In this document: positions 19,941-26,795 of the stretch, one piece after another
How positions within the stretch are numbered: position 1 is the first letter of the stretch
Layout of the letters: each line of letters begins with the position of its first letter
Origin: an uncultured virus (IMG/VR IMGVR_UViG_3300027906_000005)
Taxonomy: Duplodnaviria; Heunggongvirae; Uroviricota; Caudoviricetes
Virus record (IMG/VR): IMGVR_UViG_3300027906_000005
Length of the DNA: 64,000 bases
Direction: 5' to 3' (one strand)
Translations under genes and position numbers: made by a program
The notes under the pieces: model-generated
What the model was told of the DNA's origin: nothing
Databases searched by the model: none
Seen by the model: the letters and a program-made list of their open reading frames with translations, nothing else

Positions 19941-20791
19941 AACCATTTGTAAAGTATCAAGGCGGTAAGACCAAAGAGTTACCATTAATCAAGCAGTTAC
20001 TACCAGATAAGTTCAACAAAGTGGTTGAACCCTTCTGTGGTGGTGCTGCTGTATCATTTGCGCTGCAAAAACCAGCTATTCTAAATGATGTGAATGATGG
20101 ATTGATCAACGCATACAATCAGATTAAAGATAAAATAGAGTTTCAAGAGGTCTTTTCAGAGGTTTGCTACTGTAAGACGCTAGATCATAATGCATTGAGT
20201 GACAAATACTATGAAGCACGTGACTATCTCAATGGTGATGAACGTGACCCATACAAATGGGCAGTCAGTTATATTATTGTAAGGCAACTGTGCTTTAGTG
20301 GCATGGAACGTTACAATAAGGATGGTAAGTTCAATGTTCCCTTTGGACATTACAAGAAGTTCTCTTGTAATCTCAATTGGGAGCACATGCAGTTCTTACA
20401 GGATGTCGAGATTCTAAATGGTGATTTCTATCAGGCATTTGTTGCTGCTAGTAATGATGACTGGATCTTTATTGATCCACCATACCTTAACAGACTAGGA
20501 TATACCACTGGTGATGGTGGGAATGACCTACATGAGCGTCTAGTTGATGCAATGAAGCAAACTACAGTCAAGTGGTTGTTCGTCCATACAGAGGATGAAT
20601 ATTATATGAGAGCCTTGAAGGACTATCATATCATGCTCAAACCACATCAATATGCTCAACGATGGGGTAAGAATAGAAATCATGCCAATGCTCAAGTAAA
20701 GCACATGTATGTAACCAATTACGAGAATAGTATGACACTTCATCGAGTGGCACTAGGTAACTTGATGCACCTATTGGATGGTGTAGAATGA
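19937..20791 (+). CDS. Dam-like (D12-class) DNA adenine methyltransferase
   Basis: KYQGGK, EPFCGGAAV, LNDVN, RYNKDGKFNVPFG, FIDPPY. Confidence 0.92.
   Translation: MKPFVKYQGGKTKELPLIKQLLPDKFNKVVEPFCGGAAVSFALQKPAILNDVNDGLINAYNQIKDKIEFQEVFSEVCYCKTLDHNALSDKYYEARDYLNGDERDPYKWAVSYIIVRQLCFSGMERYNKDGKFNVPFGHYKKFSCNLNWEHMQFLQDVEILNGDFYQAFVAASNDDWIFIDPPYLNRLGYTTGDGGNDLHERLVDAMKQTTVKWLFVHTEDEYYMRALKDYHIMLKPHQYAQRWGKNRNHANAQVKHMYVTNYENSMTLHRVALGNLMHLLDGVE
20733..20789 (+). promoter_or_regulatory. Palindrome plus early promoter inside the MTase 3' end
   Basis: TGACACTTCATCGAGTGGCA, TTGATG, TAGAAT 20784-20789. Confidence 0.65.
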
Positions 20792-20810
20792 TCCTAGTCA
20801 CACAACGATC

Positions 20811-20993
20811 ATGCTAGTCAGGCAACTGATTCATAAACTAGAGCAGTTTGACCCTGATGCTAGTGTATCCCTTGTGGACTATGATAAGGATGAAGACTTT
20901 GATATAGTTGCATTTCGCAAGGAGAAGGGTTATAATGTTATACAGATACGATCTATTCCCACTTACAATTTTTCTAATGTCATTGTCCATTGA
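20811..20993 (+). CDS. Hypothetical protein
   Basis: 60-aa ORF right after the promoter. Confidence 0.6.
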   Translation: MLVRQLIHKLEQFDPDASVSLVDYDKDEDFDIVAFRKEKGYNVIQIRSIPTYNFSNVIVH

Positions 20994-21642
20994 ATACTTG
21001 GAGGCAAACCTGCTTCCATTGATTGAGAGTATTAAACCCAAGACCACAGAGAGTTACCTAATGGCAGCATGTGGACTTGATGAAAGACCATCAACACAGT
21101 CAGTATCCATCACTGTGGGTACTAGACTAGAGAAGTTTTGGAACACAGTGATCAGTGATAGTCCTCATTGTGTGAATCACATAGCAGAGAGTGACAGATT
21201 AGAGGTCAGTGGTCGTACTAGACAAATTGATCATTACTTCAGTGTACCTGACCTAGGTGCTGATAGTCACGTATATCTTGAGAGTAAGTGCAATCCTAAT
21301 CTTGACACTGAGAAGGTACGTGCTAGTAATGAGAAGATACAACAAATAACAGAGACACTATCCGAAAGGGATGATCATGAGGTACAGAGTGGTTACTTCG
21401 TACCTGTACTGCGTAGGATACCTGTAGATATCTCTAAGGAGTATGCTGACCTAGGTGTGGGTGTATTTGGTGTAGAAGACCTTATAGGGTGGATGGGAAT
21501 CGATGGATGCCCATTTACTGCTGATGAGTACTTTGCCTTCTTTAAGGAGAGGCTAGCACCTATGATCACCAGACTCATGGATGGTGTGCCAGCTAACAAA
21601 CCTGCACGTAGGGTATTGCATGGCAACCTTGATCTGCTATAA
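20977..21642 (+). CDS. Putative PD-(D/E)xK nuclease (restriction-endonuclease-like)
   Basis: G..LE, then RQIDHYF...YLESKCN fit the E..D..ExK pattern; ATG 20977 is the likely start. Confidence 0.5.
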   Translation: MSLSIEYLEANLLPLIESIKPKTTESYLMAACGLDERPSTQSVSITVGTRLEKFWNTVISDSPHCVNHIAESDRLEVSGRTRQIDHYFSVPDLGADSHVYLESKCNPNLDTEKVRASNEKIQQITETLSERDDHEVQSGYFVPVLRRIPVDISKEYADLGVGVFGVEDLIGWMGIDGCPFTADEYFAFFKERLAPMITRLMDGVPANKPARRVLHGNLDLL

Positions 21643-21643
21643 T
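21587..21643 (+). promoter_or_regulatory. Palindrome plus early promoter driving the RNA cluster
   Basis: TGCCAGCTAACAAACCTGCA, TTGCAT, extended TGcTATAAT with -10 at 21638-21643. Confidence 0.75.
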
Positions 21644-21648
21644 TACAG

Positions 21649-21860
21649 AGTAAGGCAAGGGTGAGGTTAATTAATCCTCTTTAAGTCGAACCTCTTACTG
21701 CTGTAGCCCCCTTGATAGTTCAGGGCTAGAGGCGATAGGAACTATCATCCTAAAGGTTCTTAACTACTGGGATACATCGTAAACCGCACGAAGCGTATGC
21801 TGCAGCGTCGATGGAAAGTCCAGATATGATGTTAGGGTAATGCACTGACCCCTTTAGTTC
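21649..21860 (+). ncRNA. Candidate structured non-coding RNA(s), three modules including a pseudoknot
   Basis: Gap without a credible ORF between promoter and tRNA; multiple complementary stems (see findings). Confidence 0.65.
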
Positions 21861-21865
21861 TTTTT

Positions 21866-21940
21866 GCCCCCATAGCTCAACGGTAGAGCAACGCTTTTGT
21901 AAAGCGTAGGTTGTCAGTTCAAATCCGACTGAGGGCACCA
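21866..21940 (+). tRNA. tRNA-Thr(UGU) with encoded CCA
   Basis: Cloverleaf: D arm GCTC/GAGC, anticodon arm ACGCT-TTTGTAA-AGCGT, TTCAAAT T-loop, ACCA end. Confidence 0.93.
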
Positions 21941-21966
21941 TGTTAACCCATTCTCATTTTATCATC

Positions 21967-22083
21967 ATGTCACAAGCATTTGCAGAATTCCTACTTGACA
22001 ACGCTAACAGTGGAGTTGAGTTGCTACAAGTACTAGATCACATTGAGGACTGCTATAACGAGGAAGTTGAGACCCGCTTATAA
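21967..22083 (+). CDS. 38-aa acidic micro-protein
   Basis: MSQAFAEFLLDNANSGVELLQVLDHIED...; fills the gap after the tRNA. Confidence 0.6.
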   Translation: MSQAFAEFLLDNANSGVELLQVLDHIEDCYNEEVETRL

Positions 22084-22089
22084 GATGAA

Positions 22090-22293
22090 ATGAAACTGAG
22101 ACCAGATCCCCTATCTAATGAATCCCCGATGTTAATCACTAGTCAGTTACTCTCACAAAAGATTAAACTCATCAAAGCTTGTCTTAAGCATTCGTATGAG
22201 TATACAGGTGAAGAGGAGGCTAGATTGAAACGTGAACTGTCATCATTGTATGAACAGCGAAGGGAGTTAAATAGGGGTAATGGTTTTGGTTAG
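22090..22293 (+). CDS. Hypothetical protein
   Basis: 67-aa ORF ending in KGFG-like GNGFG. Confidence 0.6.
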   Translation: MKLRPDPLSNESPMLITSQLLSQKIKLIKACLKHSYEYTGEEEARLKRELSSLYEQRRELNRGNGFG

Positions 22294-22296
22294 ACA

Positions 22297-22515
22297 ATGC
22301 CCAAACAGATTCCATTTCAAGTTGGTGATCTAGTATCATATGATGGGAGCAACCAAGCTCACATCACATTTGTAAGTAATGAGTATGTCACTGTATGTAC
22401 TCATCAATGGCCAAAGGAGGGAACACTCCATGGCTACCAACAAACTAATGTCCTAGTCTATCCCCATGACTGGCACCTAATCCATCCTCGTACTAATCCT
22501 AATGAAGCAACCTAA
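22297..22515 (+). CDS. Hypothetical protein (SH3/KOW-like start FQVGDLV)
   Basis: 72-aa ORF. Confidence 0.6.
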   Translation: MPKQIPFQVGDLVSYDGSNQAHITFVSNEYVTVCTHQWPKEGTLHGYQQTNVLVYPHDWHLIHPRTNPNEAT

Positions 22516-22702
22516 GAGAGTACAGTTCAATGTCATCAACCAAGATGTTAATGTAGAACTGAAACAGAAACGTAAAGGTGTCTATTGGAATTATAATAGT
22601 GTACCACAGACCTATGGTCCGTTTCGTAATGAGGATCAGGCAATTAATGATGCCAAGACCTATTCACAGTACGGTACAGTCGGAGGACGTAGGAACAGAT
22701 GA
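22502..22702 (+). CDS. Hypothetical protein
   Basis: 66-aa ORF with a YGPF..EDQA motif. Confidence 0.6.
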   Translation: MKQPKRVQFNVINQDVNVELKQKRKGVYWNYNSVPQTYGPFRNEDQAINDAKTYSQYGTVGGRRNR

Positions 22703-22869
22703 CAGTCAGCAACCCCACTGAAGAAGAACTCCTAAGGAGACAACAATGCTGGATAGAACTATCACATAAGGATAACCCTATTGATAACATCTATCAGGTA
22801 TGCACACAGTGGGCACTAGATCCGAAAGGACAAACACCAACTGAATGTTTATACAACCAGAAAAACTAA
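22699..22869 (+). CDS. Hypothetical protein (56 aa, not in ORF track)
   Basis: ATGA coupling; MTVSNPTEEELLRRQQCW... Confidence 0.5.
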   Translation: MTVSNPTEEELLRRQQCWIELSHKDNPIDNIYQVCTQWALDPKGQTPTECLYNQKN

Positions 22870-23429
22870 CCCCTAGACTAAAGGGATTACAAATGATCTA
22901 TCCTACACTAAAGAAGGAGTGGGATAGATCATATAAAGCATTGGAGTTTAAAGACTTTACTGACTACCAACGTAGGACATTAAAGGAAGAAGGGAAGGGA
23001 CATGAGATAACACCTAACGCATATATGAATGCACCAATAGCACAAGAGGATGCTAAGTGGAGTGTAGCACCATTATTTGTTAACCATATGCCTTACCCTA
23101 ACAATAGGAAGGTATTACCTAGGTTAATGAAGACAATGTACTGGTTAGGTGAAACAGTATACGTAGGGATAGTAAGACTCAATGGTAAGAGTGAGTTAGG
23201 ATGGCACTTTGACCCTGATCCAGGTAGTACAACAGTAAGATATCGTTGTAACCTACCTTTTAGTGATACATTCTCTATACTATCTGTAGAGAATGAGTCT
23301 AGACCCCTTACGGAGGGTAAGCTCCTAGTTTTTAAGTCTTCCGCGCTGCATAAGGTAGAGAATCAAGGTGAAAACGTTAGATTTTCATTGATTTTTGATA
23401 TATGGAGGGAAGGTAAGGGTAAGATGTGA
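22845..23429 (+). CDS. Asp/Asn beta-hydroxylase-like 2OG-Fe(II) oxygenase
   Basis: WHFD, RCNLP, EGKLLVF...HKVEN..RFSLIFD. Confidence 0.8.
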   Translation: MFIQPEKLTPRLKGLQMIYPTLKKEWDRSYKALEFKDFTDYQRRTLKEEGKGHEITPNAYMNAPIAQEDAKWSVAPLFVNHMPYPNNRKVLPRLMKTMYWLGETVYVGIVRLNGKSELGWHFDPDPGSTTVRYRCNLPFSDTFSILSVENESRPLTEGKLLVFKSSALHKVENQGENVRFSLIFDIWREGKGKM

Positions 23430-23558
23430 GAAAGATACTCAAGGATACTACCCTTTTAAGAAATGTTAATAAAAACTAGTTTGTGCGTACTACTCCGTGA
23501 ATGGTTGAGTGACCTTTGCAGTCTAAGCCCGCAGTGGACGAAAAGTCAAGCGACCTTG

Positions 23559-23614
23559 TGCCAGTTCTCAGAGTGACCTCAGAGCTTGACTTTGCAGATC
23601 ATTTCGATTATAAT
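23559..23614 (+). promoter_or_regulatory. Palindrome plus consensus sigma70 promoter
   Basis: TGCCAGTTCTCAGAGTGACC, TTGACT 23586-23591, 17-bp spacer, TATAAT 23609-23614. Confidence 0.85.
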
Positions 23615-23637
23615 TAGTACATAACCAAGCAAATCAA

Positions 23638-23895
23638 ATGGCTGCCAAAAAACACACATTCGAGATCGGCGAGTTGAGTTCTGCCCTCGATAAAATTGTC
23701 GTGCAAGGATCCAAGGTTTTCATCAATTTCTCAGGAAACGAGAAAACCTACGAGTATTCTTGGAAACCTGCAAACTCATCACTTTTAGCCAAACTTGAAG
23801 CTTTTGTCAAAAAGCCTGAAAGTGTCTCGTTAGGACGATTTTACAATGAATCACTAAAAAGTGGTGACTTAGTACAAATTACACAAACTAACTAA
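23638..23895 (+). CDS. Hypothetical protein (KTSC-like?)
   Basis: SSA..I....VFINF...KTYEY...SLGRFYN resembles the KTSC pattern. Confidence 0.6.
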   Translation: MAAKKHTFEIGELSSALDKIVVQGSKVFINFSGNEKTYEYSWKPANSSLLAKLEAFVKKPESVSLGRFYNESLKSGDLVQITQTN

Positions 23896-23897
23896 AA

Positions 23898-24062
23898 ATG
23901 GCCAAAACATGGGATTACAGAGGAACTCACAAAAAAGGATCATTTAAGCAAAAACAGAAGCAATTAGAACAATATGAAGATTTGGCCAATAGTGGCTACT
24001 TAGATAAGATATCTAACAAAGGTAGGATTAGATTAGACTCACAACATCTAGAGGATGAGTAA
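23898..24062 (+). CDS. Hypothetical protein (54 aa, not in ORF track)
   Basis: MAKTWDYRGTHKKG...; TAATG coupling to the next gene. Confidence 0.6.
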   Translation: MAKTWDYRGTHKKGSFKQKQKQLEQYEDLANSGYLDKISNKGRIRLDSQHLEDE

Positions 24063-24253
24063 TGACTAAGATCACACATATCATCACTAAGTATCACTCT
24101 GAGGGATTATCTTGGAGTGATACAGTGGACCTTTGTCAGACACTGTTAGATACAGAAATGCTCAGAGATTACCCTGAGTTTGATAAACTTTGCAAATATT
24201 ATATTGCAGAGGGATTATGTTATTATGTTCCCGATATTTGTGAGACAAAATAA
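24062..24253 (+). CDS. Hypothetical protein
   Basis: 63-aa ORF. Confidence 0.65.
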   Translation: MTKITHIITKYHSEGLSWSDTVDLCQTLLDTEMLRDYPEFDKLCKYYIAEGLCYYVPDICETK

Positions 24254-24287
24254 TATATAAGGATCGCGATCGAAAAAAAGTCAGCTG

Positions 24288-24324
24288 AATCCCGTGGACG
24301 ATTATGAAACCGTCACACGGGATT
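24288..24324. terminator. Inverted repeat between convergent genes
   Basis: AATCCCGTG...CACGGGATT arms enclose a copy of the promoter palindrome. Confidence 0.5.
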
Positions 24325-24331
24325 TTGTGAT

Positions 24332-24517
24332 TCAGATCACGCCGTCTTCGACCGCTTGGAGGACGTTGCCGTAATCTCCATGCATATTTCCGAACGCATC
24401 GCGAACGCAAGCATACCCAAATTCTTGAGCGAGGTCTAAGCAAATTCCCATGGCATCAAATTCGTCCATGCACATTTGATTTTCCTCTGGAGCATAAGGG
24501 CATTCGACGGAGTACAT
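24332..24517 (-). CDS. Hypothetical protein (61 aa from ATG 24517)
   Basis: MYSVECPYAPEEN..CLDLAQEFGYA; has its own upstream promoter. Confidence 0.7.
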   Translation of the reverse strand: MYSVECPYAPEENQMCMDEFDAMGICLDLAQEFGYACVRDAFGNMHGDYGNVLQAVEDGVI

Positions 24518-24544
24518 AAAATTGAAATTCGTTTGAACATTCTT

Positions 24545-24600
24545 ATTATAATCCCTGACGCGCCTCTGCCCATGAAAAAAGGACAGTCTCTCAACTGTCC
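24545..24600 (-). promoter_or_regulatory. Palindrome plus -10 on the minus strand
   Basis: GGACAGTCTCTCAACTGTCC 24581-24600; TATAAT on the minus strand at 24545-24550. Confidence 0.75.
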
Positions 24601-24680
24601 CCAGGCGGCTGGAATTTTTGGGACTTATAAGAATTGGCATTTAGCAACTGAATGCTTGCGAGATCTACGCCCAAGATTCC

Positions 24681-24827
24681 CTAAGGAATCTCATTTATGA
24701 AACCTGAAAGCAGTTTAACTGATTCAGTGTGGTTGTCCAGGTAGCACTCGATCTCTTCTAGAAGGTGTTTCCATTGGAGGTCGTCATCCTCTGGCACTTC
24801 GATTACTGCGTTGAAAAGATATTTCAT
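24681..24827 (-). CDS. 48-aa acidic micro-protein
   Basis: MKYLFNAVIEVPEDDDLQWKHLLEEIECY...; ATGA coupling. Confidence 0.6.
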   Translation of the reverse strand: MKYLFNAVIEVPEDDDLQWKHLLEEIECYLDNHTESVKLLSGFINEIP

Positions 24828-24958
24828 AGGGCAGGTCTTACGATGTCAGCAGATGAGTCAAGGACATTTGCCACCGTGGTTCTTGCAAAGTCATTTTGAG
24901 AAATGAGGGCAAGGGACAAAATGAGAATGATTGAACGTGAAGAGAAAATGAATCGCAT
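24824..24958 (-). CDS. 44-aa protein with hydrophobic N-terminus
   Basis: MRFIFSSRSIILILSLALISQNDFARTTVANVLD...; coupled on both sides. Confidence 0.6.
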   Translation of the reverse strand: MRFIFSSRSIILILSLALISQNDFARTTVANVLDSSADIVRPAL

Positions 24959-25134
24959 TAGTCAAGAATTTTGTGAATGACTCCCCATTCTGATTTGGGA
25001 ATTGATTGGTTACATGATGAGCACACGAGGGCAGACCATGCAAAGTGAAATACTCTTGAGTCTTTGGAGCAAGAAGGGCAGGTGATGACTTTGCCGTCAA
25101 GACCTGCCCTTGTGTGATGGGTGACTTTTTTCAA
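24958..25134 (-). CDS. 58-aa zinc-ribbon protein (TTG start)
   Basis: TRAG.DGK.ITCPSC...VFHFAWSALVCSSC gives two CxxC pairs. Confidence 0.7.
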   Translation of the reverse strand: MKKVTHHTRAGLDGKVITCPSCSKDSRVFHFAWSALVCSSCNQSIPKSEWGVIHKILD

Positions 25135-25277
25135 TACCCTAGCACATAATCATTGATCGCTTGCTCACACGCCACCTCATAAACGAGTTGCTCATCAAGT
25201 GGGGTGAGGTCTTTGAAGTTAGCAGCAACGATTGATTCGTAAATGTCGTTTGCTAGGTCTTCCATGCGGTTTTCCAT
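25131..25277 (-). CDS. 48-aa acidic micro-protein
   Basis: MENRMEDLANDIYES...; stop overlaps the next start. Confidence 0.6.
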   Translation of the reverse strand: MENRMEDLANDIYESIVAANFKDLTPLDEQLVYEVACEQAINDYVLGY

Positions 25278-25279
25278 AA

Positions 25280-25435
25280 TCAAGAATAATCAAAAGGTGA
25301 AGGGTCGGTGATTTTCTCAAAGAGAGAATCAAATGCGTCCTGATCGAATTCGTCAGGGTTTCCGAGATCAGAGAAGAAACACGCCATCTGAACGAGGACG
25401 GTTTCTTCTGATTCGGTGAGTTGGATGTTTCGCAT
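25280..25435 (-). CDS. 51-aa acidic micro-protein
   Basis: MRNIQLTESEETVLVQMA...AFDSLFEKI; AAGGA upstream. Confidence 0.6.
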   Translation of the reverse strand: MRNIQLTESEETVLVQMACFFSDLGNPDEFDQDAFDSLFEKITDPSPFDYS

Positions 25436-25444
25436 GTCCTTATT

Positions 25445-25702
25445 CTACAAGGTGATGCGATCATCTGGGTGACACATTTCAACGATGACATGATTTGAAA
25501 CAATCTTGATTCTGTCTTTGTCGATGTGCTGGAAATACTGATTGATGTGCTTGCTCGTGGTCCGAGAATAGTACACATCGGTTTTGAAGTGTCCGAGGTC
25601 AGGCGAGTAACCTGCTACGGGAGTCTCATAACTGAAAAATAACGAGGTGCCGTTATTGAGTGAAAGTTCAGTTTGATTTGAACCGAGTTGACGAAGGATC
25701 AT
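25445..25702 (-). CDS. Conserved phage hypothetical protein
   Basis: LGSNQTEL..FFSYETPVAG..YSRTTSKHIN motif; first gene of the minus-strand operon. Confidence 0.75.
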   Translation of the reverse strand: MILRQLGSNQTELSLNNGTSLFFSYETPVAGYSPDLGHFKTDVYYSRTTSKHINQYFQHIDKDRIKIVSNHVIVEMCHPDDRITL

Positions 25703-25783
25703 TAGTGATTCGTTTTAGGTTTCAGAGTGTGGGAGCGTTGGTCAGTGCATCCGTGGATCATTGCTCAGATCTCCCACTTTTTT

Positions 25784-25840
25784 AATATAAGCGATTTTGG
25801 GTCGTTTGTCTGGACGAAGTGGACACTTTGCCAACTGACC
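25784..25840 (-). promoter_or_regulatory. Palindrome plus -10 on the minus strand
   Basis: GGACACTTTGCCAACTGACC 25821-25840; TATATT on the minus strand at 25784-25789. Confidence 0.65.
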
Positions 25841-25858
25841 ACGGGCGGCTGGAATCCC

Positions 25859-25890
25859 AAAAAAATAGCACCCCTGAGGGTGCTTTTTTT
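25859..25890. terminator. Bidirectional intrinsic terminator
   Basis: A-tract, AGCACCC-CTGA-GGGTGCT, T-tract, just after the stop of 25895..26173 (-). Confidence 0.85.
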
Positions 25891-25894
25891 CAGT

Positions 25895-26173
25895 TTAGAC
25901 ACTGACTTCAAATCCTGCGTTGTTTAGGATTTGAATTGTCCATGCCTCTAGGAAAATCAGAGGTAGGACGACGATCTCGATTCCACGAAGTGAGAGAAGA
26001 TCTTTCCACGCTTTCAACTCTTGTTTTTTCAATTCTTCAACCTTTGGGGTTTCAGTTTTGATGGGTTGAACGGGTGGGGTTGCTGCCTTACGTGATTTTG
26101 TAGCGGCGGCACGCTTGCGTCTTACTGGTGCTTTTTTTGCAGGAGTTTTGACGGTTGCGTTTGATGCTGGCAT
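25895..26173 (-). CDS. Basic Lys/Ala/Pro-rich protein with C-terminal hydrophobic segment
   Basis: KTPAKKAPVRRKR N-terminus; IEIVVLPLIFLEAW near the end. Confidence 0.7.
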   Translation of the reverse strand: MPASNATVKTPAKKAPVRRKRAAATKSRKAATPPVQPIKTETPKVEELKKQELKAWKDLLSLRGIEIVVLPLIFLEAWTIQILNNAGFEVSV

Positions 26174-26257
26174 TTAGATGCTGGCGTTTGGTACTCTCAT
26201 ATTCTACAGGCAAAGAGGTTGACAAAATCCCAAAGTTTACACAATGACACAAAATCG

Positions 26258-26314
26258 TACCAGTTTGCAAACTGTCCCAATTCACCTTGATTCAGCACTA
26301 GTCCGATGTATGAT
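26258..26314 (+). promoter_or_regulatory. Palindrome plus early promoter
   Basis: TACCAGTTTGCAAACTGTCC, TTGATT, TATGAT 26309-26314. Confidence 0.75.
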
Positions 26315-26337
26315 TAAGAAGTCAACAAAGCGACACT

Positions 26338-26652
26338 ATGCAGACCCACTCCGTGACCCTTGGTTTGAATATTCCAAACGAGGGCAAAGTCACGAATCAG
26401 ATGTGGTCGCAATTCCTGGAAACTGAAATTGCAACTCGTCTAGATTTTGCCACGATCACCGACGCAATCGGAATCTACAAAGGCGAAATCGAATCAAGCA
26501 AAATCGTTTCTGTCACAATTGACGAACGCTCTACGCATTCTGATTCAATTGTCCAAGAACTCAAAAAGGTTGCCGCCGAATTCAAAAAGCAATTCAGGCA
26601 AGAATGCACCCTTTACCAAATCCAAGAAGCGAGGGAATTCTCCCTCGTTTAA
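26338..26652 (+). CDS. Hypothetical protein (DUF3574-like ferredoxin-type fold?)
   Basis: GLNIP..W..FL....TITDA.G.YKGE.E.SK...FKKQFRQE. Confidence 0.7.
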   Translation: MQTHSVTLGLNIPNEGKVTNQMWSQFLETEIATRLDFATITDAIGIYKGEIESSKIVSVTIDERSTHSDSIVQELKKVAAEFKKQFRQECTLYQIQEAREFSLV

Positions 26653-26678
26653 GGGAGTTCTAGAATCCCTTCCTTTTT
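26651..26678 (+). terminator. Probable intrinsic terminator
   Basis: AAGGGA...TCCCTT stem, then CCTTTTT. Confidence 0.55.
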
Positions 26679-26795
26679 GGACGGGATTCATGATCATCCA
26701 TCTTTGGGATTTGTGAAAAGCGAAGCGGCTGGAATTCCAGAATTTCTTCACTTTTCACCCCCCCTTTCTATTACCCCCCGTGCTATACTTAAGGC

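Noticed and set aside
21750..21941. 63-aa minus-strand ORF in the track
   Set aside because: It is the antisense shadow of the tRNA and structured RNA.
21941..21966. HDV-like (theta) ribozyme after the tRNA, or a hammerhead in the RNA cluster
   Set aside because: The tRNA trailer is short and unstructured; no CTGANGA/GAAA hammerhead core with flanking stems was found.
24250..26330. Invertible segment (shufflon) explaining the minus-strand genes
   Set aside because: No recombinase and no long flanking inverted repeats; the genes have their own promoters and terminators.
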